DNA of 64,000 bases from a virus (taxonomy: Duplodnaviria > Heunggongvirae > Uroviricota > Caudoviricetes), in the IMG/VR virus record IMGVR_UViG_3300014205_000195, positions 28,184-92,183 of that record. One strand, written 5' to 3'. The notes beneath the pieces were generated by a model, which saw only the letters and a program-made list of their open reading frames with translations, was not told the DNA's origin and did not search any database. Within the stretch, counting starts at the first letter, position 1; each line of letters starts with the position of its first letter. Positions 1-9,058 of the stretch are shown here, piece after piece. Made by a program: the position numbers and the translations under genes.

Positions 1-2868
1 GTCCACCAGCGAGTCAGTTATGTTGGACGTCGTGACCGGGGTCCCGCTTGTGCAGCTGAAGCCGCTTGGGCCGCCCTTCAGGTCGCCCGGCCCGGGGCCG
101 GTCCCGGCCACCGACTGCGTGTTCACCTGGTAGTACATCTCGCCGGCCTGCGGCGACGGCGCCGCGTCGTTCGGCGTGAACGTGACCTGGTACGGGCCTG
201 TCTGCGAGGTCACCGGCGACGGCGAGACGGAGACGGAGGTGGACGCGGTCGGCGGACTTGGGTCCGTCAGGACGGTGAACGCGCTTGACGTCGTCGTCAG
301 CGTCCCGTCTGAGAGCTCCACCCTGAGCTGCGGCGCCCCGCTGGCGACCCCGACGGCGTTCCACGCCACGGTCACCGTGGTCGGCGAGCCGACGGCCGCG
401 GCACCGGCCTGCACCTGCTGGCTGGACGCGTTTATGAGGCGGTAGGATAGCGACCCTGACTCCGCGTCGGTCGCGGTGAACGTCACGAAGAAGCTCTGGT
501 TCCTGGGGCCGGCGCGGGTGAACCCAGAGCCGTACGAGACGGACGGCTGCACGGAGAACCCAGGCGCCGTGGTCCTGGGGACGACGATCGCGACCTCCGC
601 CGAGTTGCCCGCGGTGTCGACCACTCGGACGTACCGCGTGGCGCCGTTCGTGAGGCTGGGATCGCTCACAGAGGCAGTCACCTGCGTGCCGGCCGTCACC
701 GTCCCCGACGACAGCGTGCCGGCGCCGCCCACACCGGTGGCTATCGTCCACGACAGCTCGTTGGCACCTGTGGACCCTGTGTCGGTGGGCGTGAACCTGA
801 CCTGGTACGACGTGCCGACGACGGGCGAGGACACCAGCGTCGGCGAGCCCGCCGACGGCGCGATAGAGTCCCGCCTGACAGGGAACGAGCTCGTCGCCGT
901 CGACGTCCCATCGCTGACCTGCACCGACCACCCGCCGTTCACGCCATCCGCCGACACTGACGAGTACGGTATCGATGCGCTCGTTTGCTGGGCGCCGGCA
1001 GTGAATGCCACCGGCCCGACTATCGTCGACCCGACCTGGTTCAGCACCCTGTACGACAGCTGGCCGCCGCCGGTCTGCTCTGCGTCTGTCGCCGTGAACC
1101 TCACCTGGAACCCGCTGCTGGGCCCTGTCGCCAGCAGCCCCGCCCCATAGAGGACGACGGGGGCCGAGGTGAACGTCGGTGCGGTGTTTGAGGCGATGAC
1201 CGCCGACCGCTCGGTTATCGCGCCGGCGGCGTTCCTGACCCTCACGTACCTGGTGGCGCCGGCGTAGCCTGGGTCGTTCACATTGGCCGTCACCTGCTGC
1301 CCGGACGTGGCAGTGCCAGACGCCAGCTGGTTGCCTGTGGCGCCAGGCCCCGTGAACACCCAGTAGGTCAGCTGGCCGGCGCCCGTGCTCCTGGCGTCGG
1401 TCGGCGTGAACACCACGTTGTACGCCGGGCCGACGACCGTGGCCGGTGACGTCGTCACGGCGGAGATGGCCGGGGCCTCGTCCTCGCGGTCAAGAGTGAA
1501 GTCCGCCGTGTTGAGAGAGCCGACCACCCCGTCGTTTATCTTCAGCCTCAGGCTGCTCACGCCGTTCGGGATGTTGCCGGCGTTGTACGCTATCGCGACG
1601 CCATGCGTCACGCCGCTCGTGAACGTCCCGGACGCGACCGTCTGGCTCTCCACCCCGGAGACGAGCGTCACCACGGAGTAGTTCAGCTGGTTGCCGCCTG
1701 TCTGCTCGGCGTCAGTCGCGCGCCACGACACGGTCCACAGCGGGTTGGACGGTCCGGTCTTCGTCAGGCCACCGCCGTACGAGACGGACGGCAGGCTGGT
1801 GTAAATAGGGTTGCTGTTCGGCGTGGTCCACCCGACGTACAGCTCGGGGCCGCCGGACGCGTCGCCCATGTAGTATGTGGCGCTCTCCGAGCCACCAGGC
1901 GCTAGCCCGAGCCGCTGGTTGGACGACGACACGACGACCTTCGTCGTCCCCGTCCTGTTCACCTGCGGCCCGACGCCGTTGTCGGCGAACTGGTACCTGG
2001 TGCCGGACGAGAACCCGCCGTTGAGGTTGTACGCGGCCATCAGCGGGAGCGCTGCGAGCTGCGCGCCGGACCTGAAGTCGGCGGCGGCCGGCGTAGAACC
2101 GGACCAGTCGAACCGCCTGACCTCCATCGTGAAGTCGCCGCCGCTGGTGTTGTCTGAGGCGGCCCTCACCGAGAACCCGTGCCCGGAGCCGTCCACCGTC
2201 CCGCCCGCCGCGCCTATGTTGGAGGTGTTGAACCCGTGGAACGTCTGGTAGCAGTAGACGTCGAAGCCGTCGTTGTTCTGGCCCACGGTGTCCGTGCCGT
2301 TGGTGTTCGGCTGGACCGACCTGACCGCCGGCGACGCGCCCGCAGCGACGGCCGCGTAGTTGCCGCCGGAGCACGACGTCGACTGTACCTGCGACAGGTA
2401 CGTGAGGTAGGCCCCGTTGTTGTAGACGGACCAGTCCTCGAACGGTGGGCGCCCGATGTTTATGCGTCCGTTCACGAGCTGCCTGGCGAACAGCCACGGC
2501 TGCAGGATGTACGTCGCCGACGGGCCGCTGGTCGCGCTGGTCGCGCCCGACATGGCCGCCAGGTCGGAGACGCTCGTGTGTATGTCGTTGATCTGGAGGA
2601 TGCCGCGGTCGTACGACCCGTTCGTGTTGGGGCCGCCCCACACGTAGTAGCGGAGACCTGACTCGGCCATCGCGATGGCGACTATCGTGTTCACGTCGGC
2701 GCCGGAGAAGCCGGCCTGCTCCGCCAGGTACTTGGCGTGGCATATGGAGGCGGTGTTTATGTTCGGGTCGCTGAGGTCGCCCCCGCCGCCGGCCGGGGCG
2801 TACGCGAACACCATGCCGTCCTGCACGCCGGACGACGCCGGGGATGACAGGTATGTCGAGATCACCAC
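1..2868 (-). CDS. Virion-associated lytic transglycosylase (SLT domain near N-terminus) with long tandem Ig/FN3-like repeat region; 3' end lies beyond window edge
   Basis: Hand translation of the minus frame (codon 3rd positions at coordinates congruent to 1 mod 3) gives ...DPNINTASICHAKYLAEQAGFSGADVNTIVAIAMAESGLRYYVWGG... (AxxESG / GILQIN SLT motifs), then repeats such as SFFVTFTATDAESGSLSYR and YQVRFTPTD. No stop in this frame from 2901 to position 1. The + frame-2 ORFs at 176..2884 are its high-GC3 antisense shadow (their only stops are TAG). Start is uncertain: GTG 2868 or ATG 2814. Confidence 0.6.
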   Translation of the reverse strand, partial: MVISTYLSSPASSGVQDGMVFAYAPAGGGGDLSDPNINTASICHAKYLAEQAGFSGADVNTIVAIAMAESGLRYYVWGGPNTNGSYDRGILQINDIHTSVSDLAAMSGATSATSGPSATYILQPWLFARQLVNGRINIGRPPFEDWSVYNNGAYLTYLSQVQSTSCSGGNYAAVAAGASPAVRSVQPNTNGTDTVGQNNDGFDVYCYQTFHGFNTSNIGAAGGTVDGSGHGFSVRAASDNTSGGDFTMEVRRFDWSGSTPAAADFRSGAQLAALPLMAAYNLNGGFSSGTRYQFADNGVGPQVNRTGTTKVVVSSSNQRLGLAPGGSESATYYMGDASGGPELYVGWTTPNSNPIYTSLPSVSYGGGLTKTGPSNPLWTVSWRATDAEQTGGNQLNYSVVTLVSGVESQTVASGTFTSGVTHGVAIAYNAGNIPNGVSSLRLKINDGVVGSLNTADFTLDREDEAPAISAVTTSPATVVGPAYNVVFTPTDARSTGAGQLTYWVFTGPGATGNQLASGTATSGQQVTANVNDPGYAGATRYVRVRNAAGAITERSAVIASNTAPTFTSAPVVLYGAGLLATGPSSGFQVRFTATDAEQTGGGQLSYRVLNQVGSTIVGPVAFTAGAQQTSASIPYSSVSADGVNGGWSVQVSDGTSTATSSFPVRRDSIAPSAGSPTLVSSPVVGTSYQVRFTPTDTGSTGANELSWTIATGVGGAGTLSSGTVTAGTQVTASVSDPSLTNGATRYVRVVDTAGNSAEVAIVVPRTTAPGFSVQPSVSYGSGFTRAGPRNQSFFVTFTATDAESGSLSYRLINASSQQVQAGAAAVGSPTTVTVAWNAVGVASGAPQLRVELSDGTLTTTSSAFTVLTDPSPPTASTSVSVSPSPVTSQTGPYQVTFTPNDAAPSPQAGEMYYQVNTQSVAGTGPGPGDLKGGPSGFSCTSGTPVTTSNITDSLVD

Positions 2869-3155
2869 CTGCAGACCGCCGTGACGGTCCTGACCACGGC
2901 CTCACGGAAGCCGGAGGCGTCGGCCATCAGCCCGTACCAGGTGAACGTCCTGGACGGCAGGTCGACGCGCCCCACGCCGTCCACGAGGACGCCGGCGACG
3001 CCGACTATGAGGTGGCCGTCGTCCCGCACAGTCGGCGGGCCCATGAGCTCCACGTGCACGCCGCCGACGCTGAACGACAGCGGCATGCCGACGCAGGCGG
3101 CGGCGGTCGCCCTCGCCATTGCCTCAGGGGACCTGGGCTCCGACTGGCTCGCCAC
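2862..3155 (-). CDS. hypothetical protein (97 aa)
   Basis: ORF track; non-Arg-rich composition; sits immediately upstream of the SLT gene. Confidence 0.35.
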   Translation of the reverse strand: MASQSEPRSPEAMARATAAACVGMPLSFSVGGVHVELMGPPTVRDDGHLIVGVAGVLVDGVGRVDLPSRTFTWYGLMADASGFREAVVRTVTAVCRW

Positions 3156-3171
3156 GCGTCACCCCCTCGGG

Positions 3172-3438
3172 TCAGTCCTCCCAGGACTTCTTCGAGTAAA
3201 TCCTGATGATCATCTCCGGCGGCCACGTGAGGATGATCGTCCCGTCGGCCTCGTTCTGGTACGGCACGTGCTCCCAGCCGCCCTGGAATGCGTCGTACCG
3301 GTAGAAGCCGCCATCGGCCTGCGGCACCCAGCGCTGGTCGGCCGGATACCCGTTCCTGTAGTAGACGTAGCCGAGGCCGTCGACCAGGCTGTAGCCGAAG
3401 TCGAGCAGCAGCTGCTCCGCCTTCTCCTGAAATTCCAA
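3172..3438 (-). CDS. hypothetical protein (88 aa), structural-module neighbour
   Basis: ORF track (TTG start directly after the upstream stop); protein-like composition (MEFQEKAEQLLLDFGYSLVDG...). Confidence 0.45.
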   Translation of the reverse strand: MEFQEKAEQLLLDFGYSLVDGLGYVYYRNGYPADQRWVPQADGGFYRYDAFQGGWEHVPYQNEADGTIILTWPPEMIIRIYSKKSWED

Positions 3439-3867
3439 TTACGCCTCCGAGACTACGAGCGCCCCCACGCCGACCGTGGCCGGCTGGTTCGACGTATCGA
3501 TCGTCTTGGCCGGGCTGATGGTACCCCAGTAGAGCACGTTGCCGGTGCCGGTGCCGGCGGAGTCGCAAACCGCGAACCCGTTGATGTTCGAGGAGCCGGC
3601 GGTGCAGTTGGCGAAGACGAGGGAGCTCGTGTTGGCGATCGTACCGGGCGACGACGACACCACGGGGGCGCCCATGTCGCTGGTCAGGATCTGCTTCCGG
3701 GCGTAGCCCGTGTACGTGGCCTCGACTATCGTGCCGCCGGTGCTGTTGGCGGCCGGCGCGGACGTGGTGAGCGCCAGGTACAGGTTGGCGGGCATCGTGT
3801 ACCCGGTGCCCTTGAAGACGTGCTTCAGCAGCGCGTCGATGAGATAGAGGGACTTGCCTCCGGCCAT
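3439..3867 (-). CDS. tail fibre / minor tail protein-like (142 aa)
   Basis: N-terminal ...LYLALTT... motif and Gly/Thr/Ser-rich body typical of phage tail fibre proteins; position next to other structural genes. Confidence 0.5.
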   Translation of the reverse strand: MAGGKSLYLIDALLKHVFKGTGYTMPANLYLALTTSAPAANSTGGTIVEATYTGYARKQILTSDMGAPVVSSSPGTIANTSSLVFANCTAGSSNINGFAVCDSAGTGTGNVLYWGTISPAKTIDTSNQPATVGVGALVVSEA

Positions 3868-4015
3868 TGTTGCTCCCCAGCCCTGTCGGGCCTAACTTGA
3901 GACGTTAGGACCATCATCCGATGGGGCGGCCGTGGCGGGAAACCCTGGGGTAACTGAAGGGGCGCGCCGAGCAAGCGGCGCGCCCCGATCGGGTCCCCGC
4001 GGCGTCGGGGCCTGC

Positions 4016-4774
4016 TTACGTGCTGAGGCCGAAGAGCTGCGTCGTGTACGTCGACTTCACCGGCGCCTGGGACGCGCTGAGCGCGAGCCTGAGCCAGACG
4101 CCGATGGCGTCGCCGGCGGCGAGGTTGCTGCCCGGGACGGACTTGTCGTTGTCGTCGAACGTGTCCGGGTCGAGCGTGTTGGCGGCGGACGGCGCCGTGA
4201 GCCTGTTGGCGGTCGTCGTCGTGTCGTTCACGGCGCTCGCGAGCAGGTGGGTGATGAGCCCGGTCGGGTCCGCCGACTGCTTCGCGATGGCGTTGATGAG
4301 CGAGAGCGTCCCGTGCGTGTTCTTCCAGAAGAACTTCATGTAGTAGTCCTTCGCCGAGGACAGGTCGGAGAACGCGTTGATGAACAGGCGGACGAACCCG
4401 CGCTCGCCCGGCGGTATCTGCGCGATCTGGATGGCGCCCGTCGTGCGCCTGACCGTCACGACGCCTAGCGCGGCGGACGCGAGCTCGGCCTTCAGGACGC
4501 GCTCGACCGTGCCGAGGGACGACAGCGTGATCGGCGTGGTCCCTGTGAGGGCCTTCGTCTCCGACGCGGTGATGCCGCTGGAGCGCCTGGCCGTGACCGT
4601 GATGTCCATCGCGTCCGCGGCGTTCGAGGAGACGACCTCAAGCGTGTCGGTGGACGCGATGTCGGTGAAGATGATCCTCCGCAGGGCGTCTATCGCGCCG
4701 CCGTTGGTGGACGTGTCGTCCTCCGGCATGTTCTGCGAGGCGTAAGCCACCAGGTCGGTTGTGAGGATTGCCAT
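4016..4774 (-). CDS. hypothetical virion structural protein (252 aa)
   Basis: ORF track; Ala/Thr-rich, protein-like; located in structural block. Confidence 0.55.
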   Translation of the reverse strand: MAILTTDLVAYASQNMPEDDTSTNGGAIDALRRIIFTDIASTDTLEVVSSNAADAMDITVTARRSSGITASETKALTGTTPITLSSLGTVERVLKAELASAALGVVTVRRTTGAIQIAQIPPGERGFVRLFINAFSDLSSAKDYYMKFFWKNTHGTLSLINAIAKQSADPTGLITHLLASAVNDTTTTANRLTAPSAANTLDPDTFDDNDKSVPGSNLAAGDAIGVWLRLALSASQAPVKSTYTTQLFGLST

Positions 4775-4842
4775 GCGAGAGGTCGCCCCTTAGATCGCGG
4801 ATACGTCTACGGTACACGGACGGCCTGGGCGCGGAAAACCCG

Positions 4843-5034
4843 TCACCGCCCCGCCAGGTACCTGTCCACGACGGCCATTATCTGATCGTGCGCGGACGAC
4901 GCCTTCCTGAGCATGGACATGTTGGGGTCACCGCTCGAATCGCTCGGTACCATCCTCATCAGGGCCGCGTCTATCTCGCTCACGAGCTCCTGCCGCGTCA
5001 TCACTCGGCCCTGGTCCCATATAGACCTGCTCAT
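4843..5034 (-). CDS. hypothetical small protein (63 aa)
   Basis: ORF track; stop overlaps start region of next gene. Confidence 0.35.
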   Translation of the reverse strand: MSRSIWDQGRVMTRQELVSEIDAALMRMVPSDSSGDPNMSMLRKASSAHDQIMAVVDRYLAGR

Positions 5035-7997
5035 GCCGGCCCCCCGCCCAGCGCGAAGTTGCGCGATTCGCCGGCCGAGACCAGCCTCACGCTGCCCATG
5101 GACACCGGCGTCGTCTCCACTGACGGCACGCCCCTCGCCTCCAGATCCATGCCTGGCTCGTCGTCCTCATACCGCAGCGTCATGTGCGGCGTGTACCCGT
5201 GCGTGTGATCCACCGGCACGCCGGCGGCCGTCAGGGCCCTCACCAGGTCCGCCCTGAACTCCGACAAGCCCGGGACGTCCATCAGCGCGACGATTGGGGC
5301 GCGTCCTGGGGCGTTGAACCGCCCGACGCCGCCCACCGTGCCGCTGAGCGGTCCCGCCGACGCGCATACGGCCTCCACCGCGCGGACGGCGGCCTCCATC
5401 AGCCCGGCGCCAGTCAGGTCCCGCTTAGCGTCGTCCGTGAGATACGCGATCGTGACGTGCAGCTCGTTCGGCGGCTCCCCGCCGTCCACCGCCAGCCTCG
5501 TCGCGAGCTCCCGGTCGGGGAACCACGCGATCATGGCGCCCGGGTCGGCGTCGGCCGATATCTCCCTGTCGTCGTATCTGCCCGGCAGGTTCTCCGGGCC
5601 GCCCTTGTCCTCGTCGTCGGGGCCCTGTATCGTCACGCCCTTGCTCTCGGTCGACCCGAGGAGGACCTCCGCCTGCCTGACGTCCTCGTACGTCCCGTCG
5701 GCGCCGGCGCGCTCGATTATCTCGTGCTCCGGCTCGTCGCCGAACTTGACGCACGCACCCAGCCTCAGACCGTCGACTATGGCCTCGGCGTCCTCGTGCA
5801 GCGCGTCCACCGCCGCGAGGATGATCGGGTCGAGCGCGTCGCGATCGCGGACGGCCCTCTCGAGCTCCGAGCGGACCATCTCCACGACGTCCGCCCCGAA
5901 GCCTGACTTGGACAGCTTCGAGCCGACGTCGATGCCCAGGTCGGCGGCTGCCGACAGGACGTCAGACGTCCACAGCGCAGCGTCTCGCTCGCGGAGCGGG
6001 CGCACGGTGGTCGCCTTCCTCAGCGCCAGACCGAGCTCGTTGAACAGGGCGCCGTCGCCGGCGGCTGACGCCGACCTCTGCAGCCCGGAGATGAGCTTGG
6101 TGGCGTTCACGTACCCGTGCTCGACGGGGAACCCCGTGCCGTCCACCCATATCAGCCAGTCGCCTCGGTCGGCCCTCGCCGGGCCGCCCATCCACGTCAG
6201 CGCCGGCGGAGGCGCACCCTTGTCGAGGGCGGCGAGCACGGCGAACGCCGGCATCCTCAGGCTCGGCTCCGCTATGTGGATGGCCTTGTCGACTACGTCA
6301 GTTATCGCGTTGAACAGGAACGGCGTCTGCGGCGTCGAGAGCTTCGGCGTCCTCACTGGCTCCGACAGGGCGGGCTCCTTCCTGTCGTCGCTGCCATCCA
6401 CTATCTCGTACGCCCTGCCGGCGAAAGCGTCCGCTGGCATGGACTTCTCCATGCGCTTCTCCGGCGTCGCGGGCTCGAGCTCGTCCTCCTCGCCGCCCTC
6501 CATGTCGCGGAGCTTGGTGTAGTACCTCGGGTCCTCCGCCAGGTGGTCGCGCACGATGTTCGCGATCGAGTCCATGTCGCCGCCCACCGTCTCGTAGTGC
6601 TCAGACGACTCGGCCTCAAGGCCCTCGTCGAACTCGTCGACGCCGTTCTCGAGTCGCGGCCCGCTGATGGCCTCCATGACTATGTCGAGCGTGGCGGCGA
6701 GCTCGTCCCTGACGCCGGGGTTGTCGCTCAGGTCGCTCGGGTCCCACCACGCGAGCGACTCCACCATGTCGCCCCCCGGGTCGTCTGGGTTGTCTGCGTG
6801 GTCGCGCGGTCCCGCTATCGGGACGTCTGCCTCAGACTCCACGGTGTACACGAACCCGGCGTAGACGCCGTCGGGGGTCACCCACCTACCGGTCAGCTTG
6901 CCCGGCGGCAGCGGACACCCAGTCTCCTCCGACCACTCCCGCCTGGCGGCCCACGGGAGGGACTCCGAATCGCCGTCCCTGTGGCCGCCCGGGAACTCCC
7001 ACTTGCCCGCGGCCGCGTCGTCCTCGTTGCCGATGAGCGCCCGCTGCAGCATGAGCACGCGGCCGCTGTCGGCGGCCCTCACGGCCAGCCCGGCGACCTG
7101 CGGGCCGTCTGCGACCTCCGCCGGCGCCGACGCGCGCCGACCGGCCGCGTCCCGCGCGTGCCCGCGCGGCCTGTGCGACTCGACGTCGCCACGGCCGCTG
7201 CGCCTATGGTGCGCCGTGGACCCGTGCTTGTCCTTGTGCTTGTCGAGGAACCCGGCCGGACCTGTAGCCGTCTGTCGCCACGTCTGTATGCCGCCTGGCG
7301 TCTTGGCCTGCCGCTTCGCGGCCTGCGACAGCGCCTTCATGGCCTGCCCAGGTGTCACCGGGCACACGCCGTCCAAGCAGAACGCCGACTGCGCGAACTC
7401 GCCTGCGACATCGAACGACTTCGAGATGATGGTGAACTTGGCGTCAGGGTTGACGGGCGTCTCACAGATTGTGATCTCGTACAGCACGACCTCGTCGATC
7501 ACCCAGAAGCAGGTGCCTCCCTGGCACTCGTGCCTCCTGGACTCGAACGGCGCGTCCGCGGAGATGGAGAAGCTGGCCATCTTTCCGGACATGATGTCCT
7601 CGATGACCTTGTCCACCACCGGCGGCCTGTACTTGTCGGTCCTGACCTTGACCACCGCGAACAGGCCTATGTCGTCGACCTTGGTCTCATACACCTGACC
7701 GGTGCGCGGGTCCTTCCAGCTGCGCAGCACCTCGCCAACCTGCACGTTGCTGTGCAGCAGATTGGCGTTGCGGTACTTCGGGTTGGCCATGAACCTCGGG
7801 AGGTCCCTCGCCAGCGCGCGCTTGGTGATGACGTGCTTCTCGCGGTCCACGACCTGCGGCGACGCGTAGCCGGCGACCACCACGTCCGGTATGTCGCCGT
7901 CTCCCTTGTGCAGCACGGTCAGCTGGCCGTAGCCGCTCAGCGGGTACTGCGGGACCGTGCCGGTGACTATCCTATCCCAGGCCCTCGAAGCTATCAT
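5031..7997 (-). CDS. Multidomain fusion: N-terminal HK97-type prohead protease-like domain, central Nudix hydrolase domain, C-terminal 2H phosphoesterase (LigT-like) domain
   Basis: N-terminus resembles the Caudovirus prohead protease family. Nudix box GKWEFPGGHRDGDSESLPWAARREWSEETG is present. The C-terminus has two H-x-T motifs (HVTIAYL and HMTLRY) of the 2H phosphoesterase fold. Confidence 0.75.
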   Translation of the reverse strand: MIASRAWDRIVTGTVPQYPLSGYGQLTVLHKGDGDIPDVVVAGYASPQVVDREKHVITKRALARDLPRFMANPKYRNANLLHSNVQVGEVLRSWKDPRTGQVYETKVDDIGLFAVVKVRTDKYRPPVVDKVIEDIMSGKMASFSISADAPFESRRHECQGGTCFWVIDEVVLYEITICETPVNPDAKFTIISKSFDVAGEFAQSAFCLDGVCPVTPGQAMKALSQAAKRQAKTPGGIQTWRQTATGPAGFLDKHKDKHGSTAHHRRSGRGDVESHRPRGHARDAAGRRASAPAEVADGPQVAGLAVRAADSGRVLMLQRALIGNEDDAAAGKWEFPGGHRDGDSESLPWAARREWSEETGCPLPPGKLTGRWVTPDGVYAGFVYTVESEADVPIAGPRDHADNPDDPGGDMVESLAWWDPSDLSDNPGVRDELAATLDIVMEAISGPRLENGVDEFDEGLEAESSEHYETVGGDMDSIANIVRDHLAEDPRYYTKLRDMEGGEEDELEPATPEKRMEKSMPADAFAGRAYEIVDGSDDRKEPALSEPVRTPKLSTPQTPFLFNAITDVVDKAIHIAEPSLRMPAFAVLAALDKGAPPPALTWMGGPARADRGDWLIWVDGTGFPVEHGYVNATKLISGLQRSASAAGDGALFNELGLALRKATTVRPLRERDAALWTSDVLSAAADLGIDVGSKLSKSGFGADVVEMVRSELERAVRDRDALDPIILAAVDALHEDAEAIVDGLRLGACVKFGDEPEHEIIERAGADGTYEDVRQAEVLLGSTESKGVTIQGPDDEDKGGPENLPGRYDDREISADADPGAMIAWFPDRELATRLAVDGGEPPNELHVTIAYLTDDAKRDLTGAGLMEAAVRAVEAVCASAGPLSGTVGGVGRFNAPGRAPIVALMDVPGLSEFRADLVRALTAAGVPVDHTHGYTPHMTLRYEDDEPGMDLEARGVPSVETTPVSMGSVRLVSAGESRNFALGGGPA

Positions 7998-8311
7998 CTC
8001 TGATCCGCATCGTAGCCGAGCCTGGAGCGCCGGGAAGCCTTCCGCCGCGACCCTGGGACGTCGGTGTGGGTGTCCATGGAAGTGAGCGGTCCCTGTGCTC
8101 CCTGGGACGCCGCGCCGCCGTCGCCGCCGAACTCCTTCGCGACCGCTGACGCGATCCTGATGGCGGCCTCGGCAGCACCGCCCGGCCTAACCCTGCCCCT
8201 GGCTATCGCGCGGCCCAGCTCCCGGTCCCTCGGGTTCCTGCTCCGCATGAGCTGCTTCGCCACCGCCCTCCTCGGGTTCGTCGACAACTGCCAGCCTCCC
8301 GGCGGCGGCAT
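7994..8311 (-). CDS. hypothetical basic protein (105 aa)
   Basis: ORF track; its stop overlaps the downstream start (ATGA-type overlap) suggesting translational coupling. Confidence 0.35.
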   Translation of the reverse strand: MPPPGGWQLSTNPRRAVAKQLMRSRNPRDRELGRAIARGRVRPGGAAEAAIRIASAVAKEFGGDGGAASQGAQGPLTSMDTHTDVPGSRRKASRRSRLGYDADQR

Positions 8312-8570
8312 CCTCCCTGAGGAGCTGCAGCCCGTATATGATGCGGTCCACGTCCTCCACCGAGAAGTTGGTGCCGCGGCCCGGCGCCATGACGCCGAGG
8401 TGGTTGGGGTAGTACTCGCGTATGTGGACGCGGTACCGCCCGCGCCACCAGACCGCCACCACCCGTAGCTGGGCCCTGAAGCCCCTCCGGTCGTGGAGGT
8501 CTATCGCGGTGTACACCCTGTCCCTCGGCTTGCTGGCCATCAGGCCGACCACCGTAGAGCACGCATCCAT
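8187..8570 (-). CDS. hypothetical protein (127 aa)
   Basis: ORF track; N-terminal half protein-like (…AVWWRGRYRVHIREYYPNHLGVMAPGRGTNFSVEDV…); overlaps previous ORF in another frame so one of the two may be shorter. Confidence 0.4.
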   Translation of the reverse strand: MDACSTVVGLMASKPRDRVYTAIDLHDRRGFRAQLRVVAVWWRGRYRVHIREYYPNHLGVMAPGRGTNFSVEDVDRIIYGLQLLREDAAAGRLAVVDEPEEGGGEAAHAEQEPEGPGAGPRDSQGQG

Positions 8571-8623
8571 ACAATCGTGCCAGTCGATGGCGGCAGCGGG
8601 AAACCTACGTGGCCTTCCATGTC

Positions 8624-8697
8624 TGGTTCCCCCGGAGGGATTCGAACCATCCCCGACGGATTCAAAGTCCGCAGCGCTACCACTACACCACGGGGGA
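8624..8697 (-). tRNA. tRNA-Gln(TTG)
   Basis: minus-strand cloverleaf; T-loop TTCGAAT; anticodon loop CTTTGAA; 7-bp acceptor TCCCCCG/CGGGGGA; CCA encoded; one T-stem mismatch. Confidence 0.7.
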
Positions 8698-8705
8698 GCT
8701 GCTGT

Positions 8706-8779
8706 TGGCTACGCCGCTAGGATTCGAACCTAGACTGCTGGGGTCAGAACCCAGTGTCCTACCGTTAGACGACGGCGTA
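8706..8779 (-). tRNA. tRNA-Gln(CTG)
   Basis: minus-strand cloverleaf; anticodon loop TTCTGAC; perfect acceptor TACGCCG/CGGCGTA; CCA encoded. Confidence 0.8.
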
Positions 8780-8788
8780 ACGACTCGC

Positions 8789-9058
8789 TCAGTTAGATTG
8801 TGCCACGAACTGATCGATGAGCGAAATGAACCACGGCGCGTCACCGCGCCCGCTGTAGGTCACACGCCCGGCGCTCGGGTCGTACACGGTGACGGCGAAC
8901 GGCTCCGCCAGATAGTCGTGCGTCTCGACGATGACCAGCTCACCCGTCGTCAGCCGCGTGCTCAGCCCCATCGTCCCAGGCCACCGGCCGCTCACGGTCG
9001 CGGCCATAGGCTTCCGGCCCGACACCCTCTCGAGGACGTGCGCCGCGAGGGCCTCCAT
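8789..9058 (-). CDS. hypothetical protein (about 89 aa; start trimmed to MEALAAH)
   Basis: ORF track 8789..9346 has an Arg-rich N-terminal extension judged spurious; internal Met start sits at the stop of the upstream gene. Confidence 0.35.
   Translation of the reverse strand: MEALAAHVLERVSGRKPMAATVSGRWPGTMGLSTRLTTGELVIVETHDYLAEPFAVTVYDPSAGRVTYSGRGDAPWFISLIDQFVAQSN

Noticed and set aside
176-2884. Plus-strand frame-2 ORFs (176..445, 476..1150, 1385..1681, 1877..2251, 2456..2647, 2675..2884) with very high GC3 and FN3-like-looking peptides
   Set aside because: All of their in-frame stops are TAG and they lie exactly antisense to the long minus-strand SLT/Ig gene. This is the known shadow-frame artefact of GC-rich coding DNA, not separate genes.
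14-2905. Minus-strand ORFs 14..931 and 1712..2905 (Arg/Gly/Pro-rich 305 and 397 aa)
   Set aside because: Wrong frame relative to the hand-verified SLT/Ig reading frame; composition typical of out-of-frame translation of GC-rich DNA.
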